Source: Octopus vulgaris (lineage: Eukaryota). Taken from it: 64,000 bases of DNA. Shown piece by piece: positions 13,205-25,945 of this stretch. The stretch covers positions 1,302,001-1,366,000 of the forward strand of contig OX597837.1 of the NCBI GenBank assembly GCA_951406725.2. Reading direction: 5' to 3'. Position 1 is the first letter of the stretch, and each line of letters begins with the position of its first letter. The position numbers and the translations under genes are program-made. The notes beneath the pieces were generated by a model that ran no database searches, was not told the origin of the DNA, and saw nothing but the letters and a program-made list of their open reading frames with translations.

Positions 13205-13692
13205 TAAGATGTCGCCGATATCTAGATATCCTTCCTGTAATTGATACTGACATAGTGGGAAGATATCGCCATCATAAATACAATTGCTATATCCCTATTG
13301 ATACCATTGATATCTCTATTTTAATGGACTTTACTATACGTAAATTATACAAGGGCAACTAACATGGCTGTACCCTGGTAGCACCCTTATAATGAACTTT
13401 GGGATATCTGCATACACCAACTCTAAATGATACTGCTATATCTCTATATCTTCACTATAAAGGACATTACTACAGTTGGATATCTCCAGTGAAAAACAGC
13501 CTGCTATAACTAAGATATCACCATTAATATTGGCATTACAATGTCTGGATATCACCATTATAAATGATATTAATATGCATAGATATGACCTATAAATATT
13601 GACACGGCCATAACTAGGATATCACTATTATGAGCAATATTACTCTACCTGGATATAACCAATGCAATTGATATTGTTATTAACTAGGTTAT
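13205..13692. repeat. Degenerate ~35-bp (2 x 17) minisatellite with a GATATC core
   Basis: GATAT cores at 13479, 13514, 13548, 13582, 13618, 13652 (spacing 34-36); consensus approx. GGATATCACCATTATAAATGATATTGCTATAACT. Confidence 0.75.
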
Positions 13693-13699
13693 ATTTATA

Positions 13700-14117
13700 T
13701 TCTTATTTGCTTCAGCCATTAGACCGCGGCCATGCTGGGGCATCGCCTTGAAGAATTTTTAGTCGAATAACTCAACCCCCACTATTTACTTTTTGTTAAG
13801 CCTCGTACTTATGCTACCAATAGCTATTGGCCATTTATTGCAGAACCTCTAAATAACGGCGACGCAATCACACCAACACCGGTTGACAACCGGTGGTGTG
13901 GGACAAACGTAGACACGGAGACACACACACACAGAGGTATAGGCATTTATACGACGAACTTCTTTCAATTTCCATCTACGAAATCTACTCACAAGCTATA
14001 GCCTCGATCCGAAGCTATAGCAGAAGCCACTTGCCCAAGGTGTCACAGTGTGACTGAACCCAGAACCAAGTGGTTGGGAAGCAAACTTTTTTACCACACG
14101 CCCACGCCTGCGCCTAT
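13700..14117 (-). mobile_element. SINE family A, full length
   Basis: Ends ...CACTTGCCCAAGGTG...GACTGAACCCAGAACC...ACCACACGCCCACGCCTGCGCC. Confidence 0.9.
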
Positions 14118-14204
14118 AACTATTTTCACTTGTATGTTTATACCTTGGTATCTTAATTACAATTAACTTTCCTAAACCTTGATAACCTCATTACAAATAA
14201 GGTT

Positions 14205-14460
14205 AACCAAGGTCCACATGACACTTGGGCTCCACATGGCACTTGGGCTCCACATAAGATTTTGTGGTAAAAACTTATGTGCAATAAATCGCTTATTCTA
14301 CTACAATGCACGAAATACGCTTTCTTTTATACAATTCCTGATAATACTTAATTATAAAACTACAATAGGATTTTTTAAAACATCAAATGACCATTGGGGT
14401 CCATCGGAGTAAAAAAGGAACCAAAGAGCTCCGTTGGTAAAGAATCATTGAGAAGCACTT
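14205..14460. mobile_element. hAT-Charlie-like MITE fragment with an internal 18-bp tandem repeat
   Basis: Right end ATTGAGAAGCACTT resembles the Charlie TIR TTGAGAACCACTG; (CCACATGRCACTTGGGCT)x2.4 at 14214-14256. Confidence 0.45.
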
Positions 14461-15117
14461 CAAGAGATGGCGGATATCATAAATGATGTTCCTGTCTGGT
14501 TATCAGTACCATTGCTGTTAAATGGATATTGAAGAGAGAGAAAAAAGAAAGAAATAAACAATTCCTTACATTAACTCTAAAAGACATATTCTGTGGGAGA
14601 TGTCTAATCGATTCCATTGACGTCATAACTTCACTGGTGTTCACTTTATCGATCACAAAATTCTAACAACATTAAATGCCGTCGGGGATTCCATTCTGCC
14701 GTTTCTACCATTTTCGTGGTTTTCTCTCTCATCATTTGAGAAGCGAGAATTGTTAAGAGCTCAGAACCTGAGCCGAAGCTGCAGGATACCAATAATGGAT
14801 GAAGCATTAGGGTCAATTCTTAAACAACAAAACAATAAATGTTCCTTCTACCCATAAAACTTCAAATAAAACAAGGTATCAACGTTATACGAAAATCTGT
14901 GGCGCTTTGGAAGTGGAAACGTTCGAAGAAAAATTCTTTGCGTTTGAAAAGTTCAGATCTTATAAAAGAACCATGTTTTCATTTTCTTGTTGCTAAGGTA
15001 AGAATCGGTAGAGCATCAGCAATATGGAACGCAGGAGTTAGAGCAGTGTCTTCAGGTTCTGGTTTCAATTCCTGCTAACTTTGATTCTGTCTTTAGTCCT
15101 TCTGAGTTGAATTCTTT

Positions 15118-15134
15118 TAATAATAATAATAATG

Positions 15135-15183
<49 letters not shown>

Positions 15184-15234
15184 TGATGATGATGATGATG
15201 ATGATGATAGTAGTAGTAGTAGTAGTAGTAGTAA
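15118..15234. repeat. Compound (TAA)n(TGA)n(TAG)n microsatellite
   Basis: Seen directly. Confidence 0.95.
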
Positions 15235-15235
15235 T

Positions 15236-15445
15236 CGTTTCTACAATAGGCACAAGGCCTGAAAGTTGGGAAAGGGTCCAGTCGATTAGATCGATTCCAG
15301 TGTTTCACTGGTACTTCTTTTATCGACTCCGAAAGAATGAACGGCGAAGTCGACTTCGGCAGAAATTGAACTCAGAACGTAAAGATGGACGAAATGCTCT
15401 TAAGCATTCCATCCGGTGTGCTAACGATTCTGCCAGCGCGCCGCC

Positions 15446-15446
<1 letters not shown>
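15236..15446 (-). mobile_element. SINE family C, full length, flanked by (AAT)n tracts
   Basis: CACAAGGCCTGAAA...CTGGTACTT...TTGAACTCAGAACGTAAAG...GCTAACGATTCTGCCAGCGCGCCGCC. Confidence 0.88.
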
Positions 15447-15514
<68 letters not shown>

Positions 15515-15869
15515 GACGGGTAGTCATGATGGGTATACTGGGCTTCGTATATTTTACCCCAGTGTCACTTTGATGGCATGCACTGCTCTCTCACTCAATA
15601 ATAATAATAATAATAATCCTTTCTACTAGATGCATAAGGCCTGAAATTTGGCAGAGTTGTTGTTGTTGTTGTTGTGGTGGTGGTGGTGGTGGGGTACTGG
15701 CTGATTACATCATCGCCGCTGTTCGACTGGTTCTTATTTTAGGGATTGCGAACGGATGAGAAATCCCCGGTTAAACACCGGAGTCGATTCGAACGTTTTA
15801 TCATTTCTCTTAAGGGCGTGTCTACGTTTACCCACGCACGGGCGCATGCACGCGCGTGTGTATGTGTGT

Positions 15870-16046
15870 GTGTACGGTGGGCTTGTTTCATTTCAATTTC
15901 CTTCTACTAAAACTTCACGCACGAAGCTTTGGTGCGCCCGAGGCTATAGTAGAAAACACTTACCGGAGGTGCCACACAGTGGGACTGAACCCGGAACCAT
16001 TTGAGTGAGAAGCAAACTTCTTACCGCACAGCCACGCCTGCGCCTA
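15870..16046 (-). mobile_element. SINE family A, 5' half
   Basis: CCCGAGGCTATAGTAGAAAACAC...GGGACTGAACCCGGAACC...CAGCCACGCCTGCGCC. Confidence 0.85.
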
Positions 16047-16586
16047 TATATGTTTTCAAATACATCATAGAATGAGATTTGAGTGAGATTTAGCTGCTAT
16101 TTCTAGTAAGTTGAGTAAGCAGGTTTGAGGCTCTTTCTATTTATTTTCCGCATTGCGTGTGTGGGAAGGAGAGAGGGGTGTGTATGTCGTTGTATGTGTA
16201 TATTTCTGCTTCTGTGTGTGTGTGTGTGTGTGTGTAATGTTCTTCTGCGTGGGTGTATCGGAGCAGAAGTTAACGATTTCGTATTTTAGAGACCATCACC
16301 ATCAATATCAGCAAAAGCATCATCATTAACACCATCATCACCACCAACATATGGATCATCATCATCATCATCATCATCACTATTATCGCCCACATCACCA
16401 ACCACCACCACCACCACCACCACCACCACCGCCGCCATCTTATGTTTATTTGTCTATTCCAAAGCCACTTATCGCTTCCATTCTGCGAGTATTTTCGAAG
16501 CAAATGAAGAAAGAAAAGAGCACCAGCCCACCCCTACAACACCCCACCCTGACACCCTTTCTAACACACACGCACACACACACACA

Positions 16587-16663
<77 letters not shown>

Positions 16664-17307
16664 TACAATACATTTCGAAAAGCAAAAACAATGTGCAAGT
16701 AGCACTTGAGATCTCGAATGTTCCATCTGATCTGTCTTATAGTTTAGCCGGAGGGTGAAAAAATAACACCCCCACGCTGCCTTCTTGTGGAGGAGTTTGT
16801 GGGGTGGAGGTTTGAATGGTACTGGCGGTGGCGCTGGCGGAACACGGATAAGTGGGAACTGAAGTGCTGAGATGTTGGTATGAGATGGGTTAACTCTTTT
16901 ATTCTGAAATGGTGTTAAAGTTCAAAGCTTGAGTGAGAGGATTTGTGCCTGGAGATATAAAACGAAAAGGGGCAGCAAGAGGAAGATGAGAGGGAGAGAG
17001 AGAGAGAGAGAGAGACTGGTTGGTAGAGAAAGAAAGAGAGTGTGGGAAAGAGATTGAGTGAGAGAGTGAGTAAGAGTTCAAGAAGTACAGAGGTTGAAAG
17101 GAAATGATACAGGTAGGTGTGTATGTATAAAGGAATATAAGAAAACAAGGGAGAGAGAGAGAGAGAGGGAGGGAGGGAGGTAGAGGGAGAGTGGGTAGCG
17201 ATAGACAGTGAGTGAGTATGTTTTTGTGTGTGTATGTAAATGTATATAAGATAGCTCGGATAAGACAGAGTTTGTATATGTTTGTGGGTGTAAATGTATA
17301 TGAGAAA

Positions 17308-17350
<43 letters not shown>

Positions 17351-18554
17351 TGTGTGTGTGGAGGAAGAGAGTAACGAGACAGGTTGTCGAGAGAAGGATT
17401 ATGAACAATGGAGAGACGTTAAGGGGAGAGGAAGAGGAACATGCGACAGTAAATGCAGATGAAAATCAGAAAGAGAGGGAGAGAGAGAGGGGGGCGGGGC
17501 AAGGAAAATGTGATTGAGAGAAGGAAGGAGACAGAAAAGAACGAATTTGAAGAAAAAAGAGGAGGAGAAAAATCTAGCGAGAGAGAGAGAGAGAGGGGGA
17601 GAGAGAGGGAGAGAGAGAGAGAGGGAGAGAGAGGGAGGGAGAGAGAGAGAGGGAGAGAGAGGGAGAGAGAGACGTATGAAATTGATGTAAAAGGAGGGAA
17701 GACAAAAGGGAAAATAGACATACATGCATAACTACACACGCTTGTGTATGTATATATCTAGCTTTAAAATGTATGTATGTATATATATATATATATATAT
17801 ATATACGCGAGTGTATGTATGTGCATGTATATATGGGTGTATGTATGTACATGCATATATGTGTGTATGTGTGTGCATGTATATAAATGTATGTGCGTGT
17901 GTGTATGTGTTTTTATGTACACGTGTGTGTGTGTATGTATATAATATACATGTACATAAATATGCACACAGGCACACCCATGGATATATATTGAAACTGG
18001 ACAAAATATCTGGTAGTAACAATGAAATCGTTCATGTGTAAAAGGATTTTTAGAAAACTCACAGGAAACAGGCTGAAATAGTATTCATCTCTGAGAATTC
18101 ATATTTGAAAACAAACCCATAATTATTTTTATTTATCTTAGCCATTCATATCGAAATATAACAATCCGCTTATCGTATTTAATAAAAATACATTGCGAAA
18201 AGGCAAATTTGCTGCAGTATTCACCCAGGGATAATATCTCATATGGACGCACTGTGTTAAAAAACACAAAGCTATATCAGTAGCAGACGAAAGTCTTCCA
18301 GCAGCAGCAGTGAGAATGCTTGAGTTACATTTCTACCTCTTTGGGCTTTGTCACTAGCATGTACCCACTATCTACCCAGCCGCATGCTAAGACAAAGTCC
18401 GCAGCTATTAATATGGAGGGAAAACAGTAATTGAAAAAAGCACTGAGGTTGCGATTAGGTGCCCATCTGAACAAAGATTCTTTATATGCAACAGAAATAC
18501 TATTTGATTAGAATCAGTAAGTGTGTATTATGGCTATTTTAATCTAATTACTGC

Positions 18555-18638
18555 TTCTGTTGTATATAGCGGATATTGAACCGACTAAAGACTTGCGAGT
18601 GAATTTGATAGGTGGAAACAGGAAAAAAGATCGTTATG

Positions 18639-18703
<65 letters not shown>

Positions 18704-18935
18704 GTGTGTGTGTGTAGTGTGTGTGTGTGTGTGTCTGTGTGTGTGTTTGTGTCCCACCATCGCGTGACAGCCGGTGTTGGTCTGTTTACTTCCCTGTATC
18801 TTAGCGGTTCGGCAAAAACGGAACGATAGACTAATAGGCCTTAAAAAATGTATTGGGGTCGAGTCATTTGACTGAAATCATTTAAGTCGATGCTCCAGCA
18901 TGGCTACAGTCTACTGACTGAAACAAGTAAAGGAT
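18555..18935 (+). mobile_element. SINE family A, 5'-truncated
   Basis: GTGAATTTGATAGGTGGAAAC...(TG)n...TAGCGGTTCGGCAAAA...GCTCCAGCATGGC...GACTGAAACAAGTAAA. Confidence 0.85.
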
Positions 18936-20292
18936 ATAATGTACATAAAATTATATGAGCCGTACTTGTATGAATGAATGCATGCATACATGTATGTGCG
19001 CATGCGTGTGTATGTGTGTGTGTATATATGTATGTATATATGCATGTGTGCATATATGTATGTATATATGCATGTGTGTATGTTTGTATGTATGTCATTG
19101 TTCAGTTTTAATTCAAGATTTCTTGCCAATTGAGAAAGAACCGGTTTCTAACCTAGATCCAAGGCTCCTTCATTGGAATTTCAACATGGACAGTAGGGTA
19201 GTCTTGTTTGTATGTATGTATGTATGTATGTATGTATGTATGTATGCATGCATGTAATGTGTGTGTGTATGTGTGTGCAGATTTGTGCAGATTTGTATGT
19301 TTTGCTTTATGTATGTACTCTCAGGCATATAGTTACATATCTAGGCTTGTATGTATGTATATTCCTGATAATTGTGTGAAGGGCAAATAAATTCCTACGT
19401 ATTTTTTCCCGTTCATCGAGGACATTTTTTTTTTGTTTTAAACCAGAATTAAGTAAGTTTCAAATGTTGAAACGAAATCAGAAGTCTGCTTTTGCTACAA
19501 CTTCCTAGATTTATAAAAATTCTTTAGAGATAAAATTTGGTATTCGAAATTAGACAACAAAATATTTTAAGAAGCACTTAGGAAATTATTATTGTTATTA
19601 TGCCTTCTCACAGGAAAAAATACATGAAAACAACAATAATAGTAATGGTAATAATAATGATGATGATAGTAATAATAATAACTCCTTATGTTAAAGGATT
19701 TTTCTAGAACTCAAAGGAATACACGAAAATATTATCTTCAGTTGTGTATTGATGTCTGAAAATATCTCAGAGTTAAATCTATTTAGCGTAATAACAGAAG
19801 TTTGGTTATATAGATATACATTACCTGTATATAAATATGTATATGTATGCAGGTATGTATGTATATGCGTGTATAAGCAACCATGTATATAGGTGACTGT
19901 GTGTATATGTTTATATCTCTGTGTATATGTATATATCTATGCATATATGTATGTATGTATATATATATATATGTGTGTGAGTGTGTGTAAATATATGTAT
20001 GTATGAATATATGTGTGTATGCATGTATATTTATATATACCTATATATAATGTAATTAAGAAGTATAGGAGTATATTTTTCATACTGTCAATATACATAT
20101 ATAATCCACCAGTATCTGCCATAGACTGTTTATTTAAATGTTGAGATCATTGCGTGAAAGACATTCGATACGAAACAATAAAGATACAACGTGGACTTTT
20201 ATTGTGTAGTTTAGAACGCGCATAACTTCAGCTTGACAGGAAATGCTGGGCCTGAAGCTCTCGGGGCTCTCCCTGATGGTGACCTATCTAAA

Positions 20293-20583
20293 ACTGGTAC
20301 TCCGTCGCTTACGACGACGAGGTTTCCACTTTATCTAATGAAGTTAACGTGCAAGTGGCTGAGCACTCCACAGCCACGTAGTTGTCAGGGAAATTCTGCC
20401 TGACACAGAATGTGATAAGGTTAGCTCCTTTGAATTACCGCTACAACTCATTTTTGCTATCTGAGTGGAGTGGAGCAAAGTGAAATAAAGTATCTTGCTC
20501 AAGGATGCAATGCGCCACAAGGAATCGAACTTGCGACCTAATAATCGTTAGCAGACTATCCTAACCACTAAGACACCCGGCTC
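20293..20583 (-). mobile_element. SINE family B (long-tail subfamily)
   Basis: CTGGTACTCCGTCGCTTACGACG...GTGCAAGTGGCTGAGCACTCCACAG...CTTGCTCAAGGA...GGAATCGAAC...CTAACCACTAAG; homologous to 28884-29200. Confidence 0.88.
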
Positions 20584-21337
20584 CATTTCCTGAACTCTAA
20601 ATCTATATGAGCATATATCTAATATAACATTAATTAATTAAATATTTCAAAAGTCGCATCGTCTGTTACCTAAGATTTCTCTCGAAAACTAATTATTAAA
20701 TCGAAACTACAGGTTCATTCGTCCATATTGATTAACACGCACGCGCATGCGCGCGCGCAAACACACACTACACAAACACATACACACACCACACAAACAC
20801 ACATACGCAAACACACACACACACACAAACTCACAAACGCACACACACCACACGCCGCCGCCCCCACCCACACACACTGATTCTGAGAGATAGAGGGGGA
20901 GAAGCAGAAGATGGCTGACTCTTCCCATGATTCCTTGGTTCTTCAGTTCAAGTGTTGTTCCTTTCTCTTATCTCGTCTCATTTTTGTGTATATATATTTG
21001 AATGTGTCTGGGTGTATACAATATATTCGTATGACAGAACAGAGTAAACCTCCACCACTTCTCGCTACTACAACCTCTTTCAGTTTAGGCGACTTAAAAT
21101 GGTGGTCCGTTTCATTTTTAAACGGATTCAGGTGTTTATCGTTAAAGATTTAGGAAATATATCGAACAGGTCAAGCAACTAACTAGAAAAAAAAACATTT
21201 TTTGCTTTCTTTTGCTTTTGTCTGTTTCAAGGTTTTCGTTAAAGTAAAACCAAAACAAAGATCTTGAGAAAGATTTCACTATAATATTGATCGGTCAGTT
21301 TCGGCGCAATCAATAACTATTATTTATTTATTTATTA

Positions 21338-21383
<46 letters not shown>

Positions 21384-21684
21384 GTGTTGTTGTTGTTTCT
21401 CATTTTGTCATTTTTGCATTTCTGATCTTATTTGTTGTATCTCGAAAGATTATTTACAAAATTATTATAGTTATATATAATAAAATTATATATGAAATTA
21501 TAGGTTACCTACTGACTCAAAGAGATGCCACCTATAACAGCTTTTGAACAAGACATTCACAGAACCACAACTTCCACGGCTGTTCTGACTGGAATTTTGG
21601 TGTCACACCTATCTGAGCTCGCAGAATGCATTCCTATTAGTTTGAATCATTCCGACAAAATCTCCTCATATTCACTATATAAAA

Positions 21685-21955
21685 TCATAATAGCAGTTGG
21701 CACATGTTTTGTAATCATATGGTTTGGGGTTCATTCCCACTGTCTAGCACCTTGGTCAAATGTCTTCTAGTATAGCATCGAGATTCAGACGGAAACTATG
21801 TGGAAGCCCGTCGTATATGTGTGTGTTTTCCTTTGTGCTTGTCCCCCCACCCCACCCAGCCCGCCCATTCCGCTTGACAACCAAATTCGATAAGTTACAT
21901 ATCCGTACCTTACGGATTTGTCTAAACAGACCAATGGGATAAGTGTCAAGTTTAA
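21685..21955 (+). mobile_element. SINE family A, degenerate
   Basis: GGGTTCATTCCCACTG...GCACCTTGGTCAAATGTCTTC...GACGGAAAC...GAAGCCCGTCGTAT. Confidence 0.75.
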
Positions 21956-21983
21956 AAACCAGTAAAAATATATTTAAGTTATA

Positions 21984-22191
21984 CTCTTTTAGTCATTTGA
22001 CTGTGACCATGCTGGAGCACCGCCTTTAGTGGAGCAAATCGACCCCAGGACTTATTCTTTGTAAGCCTAGTACTTATTCTATCGGTCTCTTTTGCCGAAT
22101 CGCTAAGTTACGGGGACGTAAACACACCAGCATCGGTTGTCAAGCGATATTGGGGGGGACAAACAGACACACAAACATATGCACACACACA

Positions 22192-22241
<50 letters not shown>

Positions 22242-22415
22242 CATATATACATATAGACGACGGGCTTCTTTCAGTTTCCGTCTACCAAATCCACTCACAA
22301 GGCTTTGGTCAGTCCGAGGCTATAGTAGAAGACACTTGTCAAAGGTGCCACGCAGTGGGAAGGAACCCGAAACCATGCGGTTGTTAAGCAAGCTACTTAC
22401 CACACAGCCACTCCT
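21984..22415 (-). mobile_element. SINE family A, young near-consensus copy
   Basis: Near-exact reverse complement of 10274-10692. Confidence 0.92.
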
Positions 22416-22445
22416 ACACATATATGTAAAATCGTAATACATTTA

Positions 22446-22582
22446 GGTGTTGGCTGCATGGTAAGAAGTTAGCTTCTCGACCACATGATTCCAGGTTCAG
22501 TCCTACTGCGTGGCACCTTCTACTATAGCCGACCGAAGCCTTGTCAGACGGAAACTATTAGAAGCCAATTGGGTATGTGTGA

Positions 22583-22653
<71 letters not shown>

Positions 22654-23120
22654 TGTGTATGTGTGTGTGTGTGTGTGAAGGCGTGTGGCTTTGTGGTCAG
22701 GGTACTGGACTCACGACCGTAATATTGTGGTTTCAATTCCTGGACCGGGCGAGCTATTGTATTCTTGAGCAAAACACTTCATTTCACGTTGCTCCAGTCC
22801 ACTCAGCTGGCAAAAATGAGTTCAGCCTGGAGAGGGATGGACTCTGCCAGGCTTTCGCGTCGAAGATATGCTGCATGGCCGCAGCGCCCCAACGCCCCGC
22901 ATGGATTTAAGGAACTTGTTTATATATATATATATATTGTGTGTGTGTGTGTGTCCGTCCTATTACAGATGTTAGTTCGTAAATGTTCGTCAAAAAGAGA
23001 TCGATGGAATAAATACCTGGCTAAAAACAAGAAAAAATTAGGCGCCGATTCGTTGGGCTAAAAGCTTTCAAGGCAGTACCACAGCATGGCCGCAGTCTAA
23101 TGTCTGAAACAGGTAAAAGT
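22446..23120 (+). mobile_element. SINE family A interrupted by a nested family B SINE
   Basis: A head at 22446-22565, then (TG)n, then the B copy, then the A tail (GATTCGTTGGGCTAAA...CAGCATGGCCGCAGTC...CTGAAACAGG). Confidence 0.8.
22678..22912 (+). mobile_element. SINE family B (short-tail subfamily), nested
   Basis: GGCGTGTGGCTTTGTGGTCAGGGTACTGGACTCACGA...GTTTCAATTCC...CTTGAGCAAAACACTTCATTTCACGTTGCTCCAGTCCACTCAGCTG. Confidence 0.88.
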
Positions 23121-24596
23121 TAGAATTTAGAGTGAAATAATGAAAACGTTTACGTGTGTGTGTGTGTTTGTGTGGAAAGACAGAAGATTCTGATGTCAGC
23201 CCCTCTTTCCATGTCACCCATGTTAATCAAATGAACAGTAAACCAAACCAGCTGAGCATCATCAACCTTGGCACCGACGTTATTCTCAGAACACCGAAGC
23301 TGGAACGGGTACCAGAATCCTCTTCACTCTAACTCTTCCTCCTTTTACGTCCACCACAAAATGGGCGGAAAACAAATTTAACCATGGTGGGAAGTGAACT
23401 CGGAACGCAGAGATTAGGAAGTAATAACGCAAACTATTATCCCCGAGGTTCTAACCACTCTTCGCTGTATTATACAAGTACAATATATCTAGTTAAATTG
23501 ATCTTTTCTCACACCATTCTACACTGTATTGTTTTCCTTTACGAAGACGATCGCCTTAACCACAAGTAAACCCCGCAACTAGCTTCCAAATCTCTCTTCA
23601 CACTCTTCCCAACAGTTAACAATAATACTCGTTTCATTTTAGCGATATTTTACGAGCTACGTTAAGCAAAGGTTAGCTTTTACTATGCACAAATTCCCCT
23701 AGTCACTTCAATAATCGCATATTTTCGCTAGAGTAGCATCTTCTCTCATAGTTTCTGCGTCGCTTTTCTCCTTTCCTTTTATTTTATTCCTTGTTCTCAA
23801 TGGATCTATCTCTGCGCTGGTTTTATGCATCGACACAAAAACATCGCTTCTTTTCCCTCTTGTATTACTTATGTTTTGCTATGTTGTTTTCGCTGTTTAA
23901 GCTGCAATTTCAATAGTTGTTGTCAATAATGATAGAATTCTGGGGTGGTTGCTGTTATTGCTGTTGTCGTCGTCATCGCCGCCGCTCTGGCGATGACGAT
24001 GGACGATAGCGGTGGTGGTGGTGGTGGTGGTGGAGCTGGATGATCTTAGATCTGTAAATGAAAACATCTCGATGTCAAGTTTAATTGAATAGCAGACATC
24101 AAAGACACACAACTATTTCATTTATTTTCCTCTATTTTCAGTCTTAAAAAAAAAAGAAAAAAATCATTTCATATTTTTGTTTTTAGTTTTGTTTTTCGAA
24201 GGATATTTTTATTTACTATCTTTATTTTTTGTAATTTTTTCTTATTATTTTTCTTTCACGGAAATCATGAAAACAATGATAAAATAAATACATAAAATAA
24301 AGATAAAATGCAAAGAAAGAAACGGTTTCAATATCTGTGTGTATGTGTGTGTGTGTGTGTGTGTGTGTATTTGTATGTGTGTTCTGTAAACTGTAAGGAA
24401 CGGGGTGCGAGAGGAGGATGCGATTTTTATTACATAGGTAGACAAATGCCATACATACACGCCCGGCATATATATTTGGCGTGTGTATATCTGCATGATT
24501 TGCTTGTATGCATACACAGATACACGCCGACATTTCATATATATATAACTCCCAAATTTAAATGAAATTTTCTTCCCTCACACATATATTATATTG

Positions 24597-24646
<50 letters not shown>

Positions 24647-24834
24647 TAATAATAAAAATAATAATAAAATGCATATATATAAAAGAATGAAAAGCGGCAG
24701 TTGTATTTGAAGAATTCATTTATAAATCGTTGGAGGTGAATTGAATGGCGAGAAGCGGTAGTCGCTCTTGTTGTTGGTGGCGCTGGTCGTGGAGACAATG
24801 ATGGCGGCAGTGGTGATGGGTTTTGGTTGCTGTT

Positions 24835-25225
24835 GTCGTTTAGCCCCATGCTCAATCCTCATAGAGCAGATCAACGCGATTCCTGCCACGACCATCCCGT
24901 CTTTTTATGGTTATGTGGAATTGCTTTATACGATTTGTCGTCATCCTTTCGCAGCAGGTTTTTTGTGTTTGTGTGAGATTTGACTGCTATTCCTAGCAGA
25001 TCGAACGACCACACAAAGCCTCCTTCGTTTACTTTTCTGCTGGTGTTTAGCGTTGCCGTTCTTCTCGTCGTTATTTAACCCCAGGTTAGCCTCGAGCGAG
25101 CAGACGTACAATGGAAACCATTCTCATCATGCCCATCACGCCTGATTCCTTTTGAGCAAGGAACCCATTATGGTTTTTATGCATTGCCTTATTTCCTAAG
25201 ACTCTGTCATTTGAGAGGGATTTGG
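24835..25225 (+). repeat. Two tandem family D repeat copies
   Basis: TTTAGCCCC...GAGCAGA...ACCATCCCGTC...GCTATTCCTAGCAGATCGAACGACC; a second start at about 25073. Confidence 0.65.
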
Positions 25226-25945
25226 CGATGGTGGTGGTGCCGATGATGGAGGGGGTGATGGTGGTGGTGGTGGTGGGGAGGTAGAGGTGCGGGGTAAAGC
25301 GGTGGTGGTAACAGAAGTGGAGGTTTTTGATTGCGTTGGAGTTGTTTAATTTTGGTTGTCGTGGTGGTCACGGGGTGTCACCAGTAGTGGTAGTAGTGGA
25401 GATGGTTCATGAAGTGCGGTGGTAGTTATGGCGGTAATGGTAGTGCTGGTGCTGGTTGATGTAGTAGTGGTAGCAGTAGTATTGATAGTGGTGTGGTAGT
25501 GGTCATAGTAGTTTTGGGTGGTGGTGATGTTGGTTGTGGTGGTCTTCTTTGTAGTTGTTTCAGTGGTAGTGGTGTTGATGGTTGTGGTTGCCGCTGTAGT
25601 GGTTTGGGTGGTAGTAGAAATGGTTGTAGCTGCAGTTGTGATAGTGGTTGCAATATTGGTAGTGTGGTGATGGTGGTGATGACAGTGTTGGTGTCAGTTG
25701 ATGTCATATTGTAAGTGGCTTGGGTGGTGGTGGTTGCGGTTAAGCAAAAGTTATTAGAGAAAAGGCGAAATCTGCGAAGGAAAGTTTTGAACGACTGCTG
25801 CCATCTCTATCACCATTACTCTTACCACTACCACCAGCGCCACCACGACCACCAGCACCCACCTCACCATCACCACTACAACCGTTAGTACCAGCATCGC
25901 CATCGCCAGTGCCACCACCATCACCATCGCCACAACCACTTCAGC
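25226..25945. repeat. Degenerate (GGT)n tract switching to (ACC)n across a ~60-bp unique spacer
   Basis: Seen directly. Confidence 0.85.

Noticed and set aside
13205-13692. CRISPR-like array
   Set aside because: The constant core is only about 6 bp, the intervening sequences are related to each other, the context is eukaryotic, and there are no cas genes.
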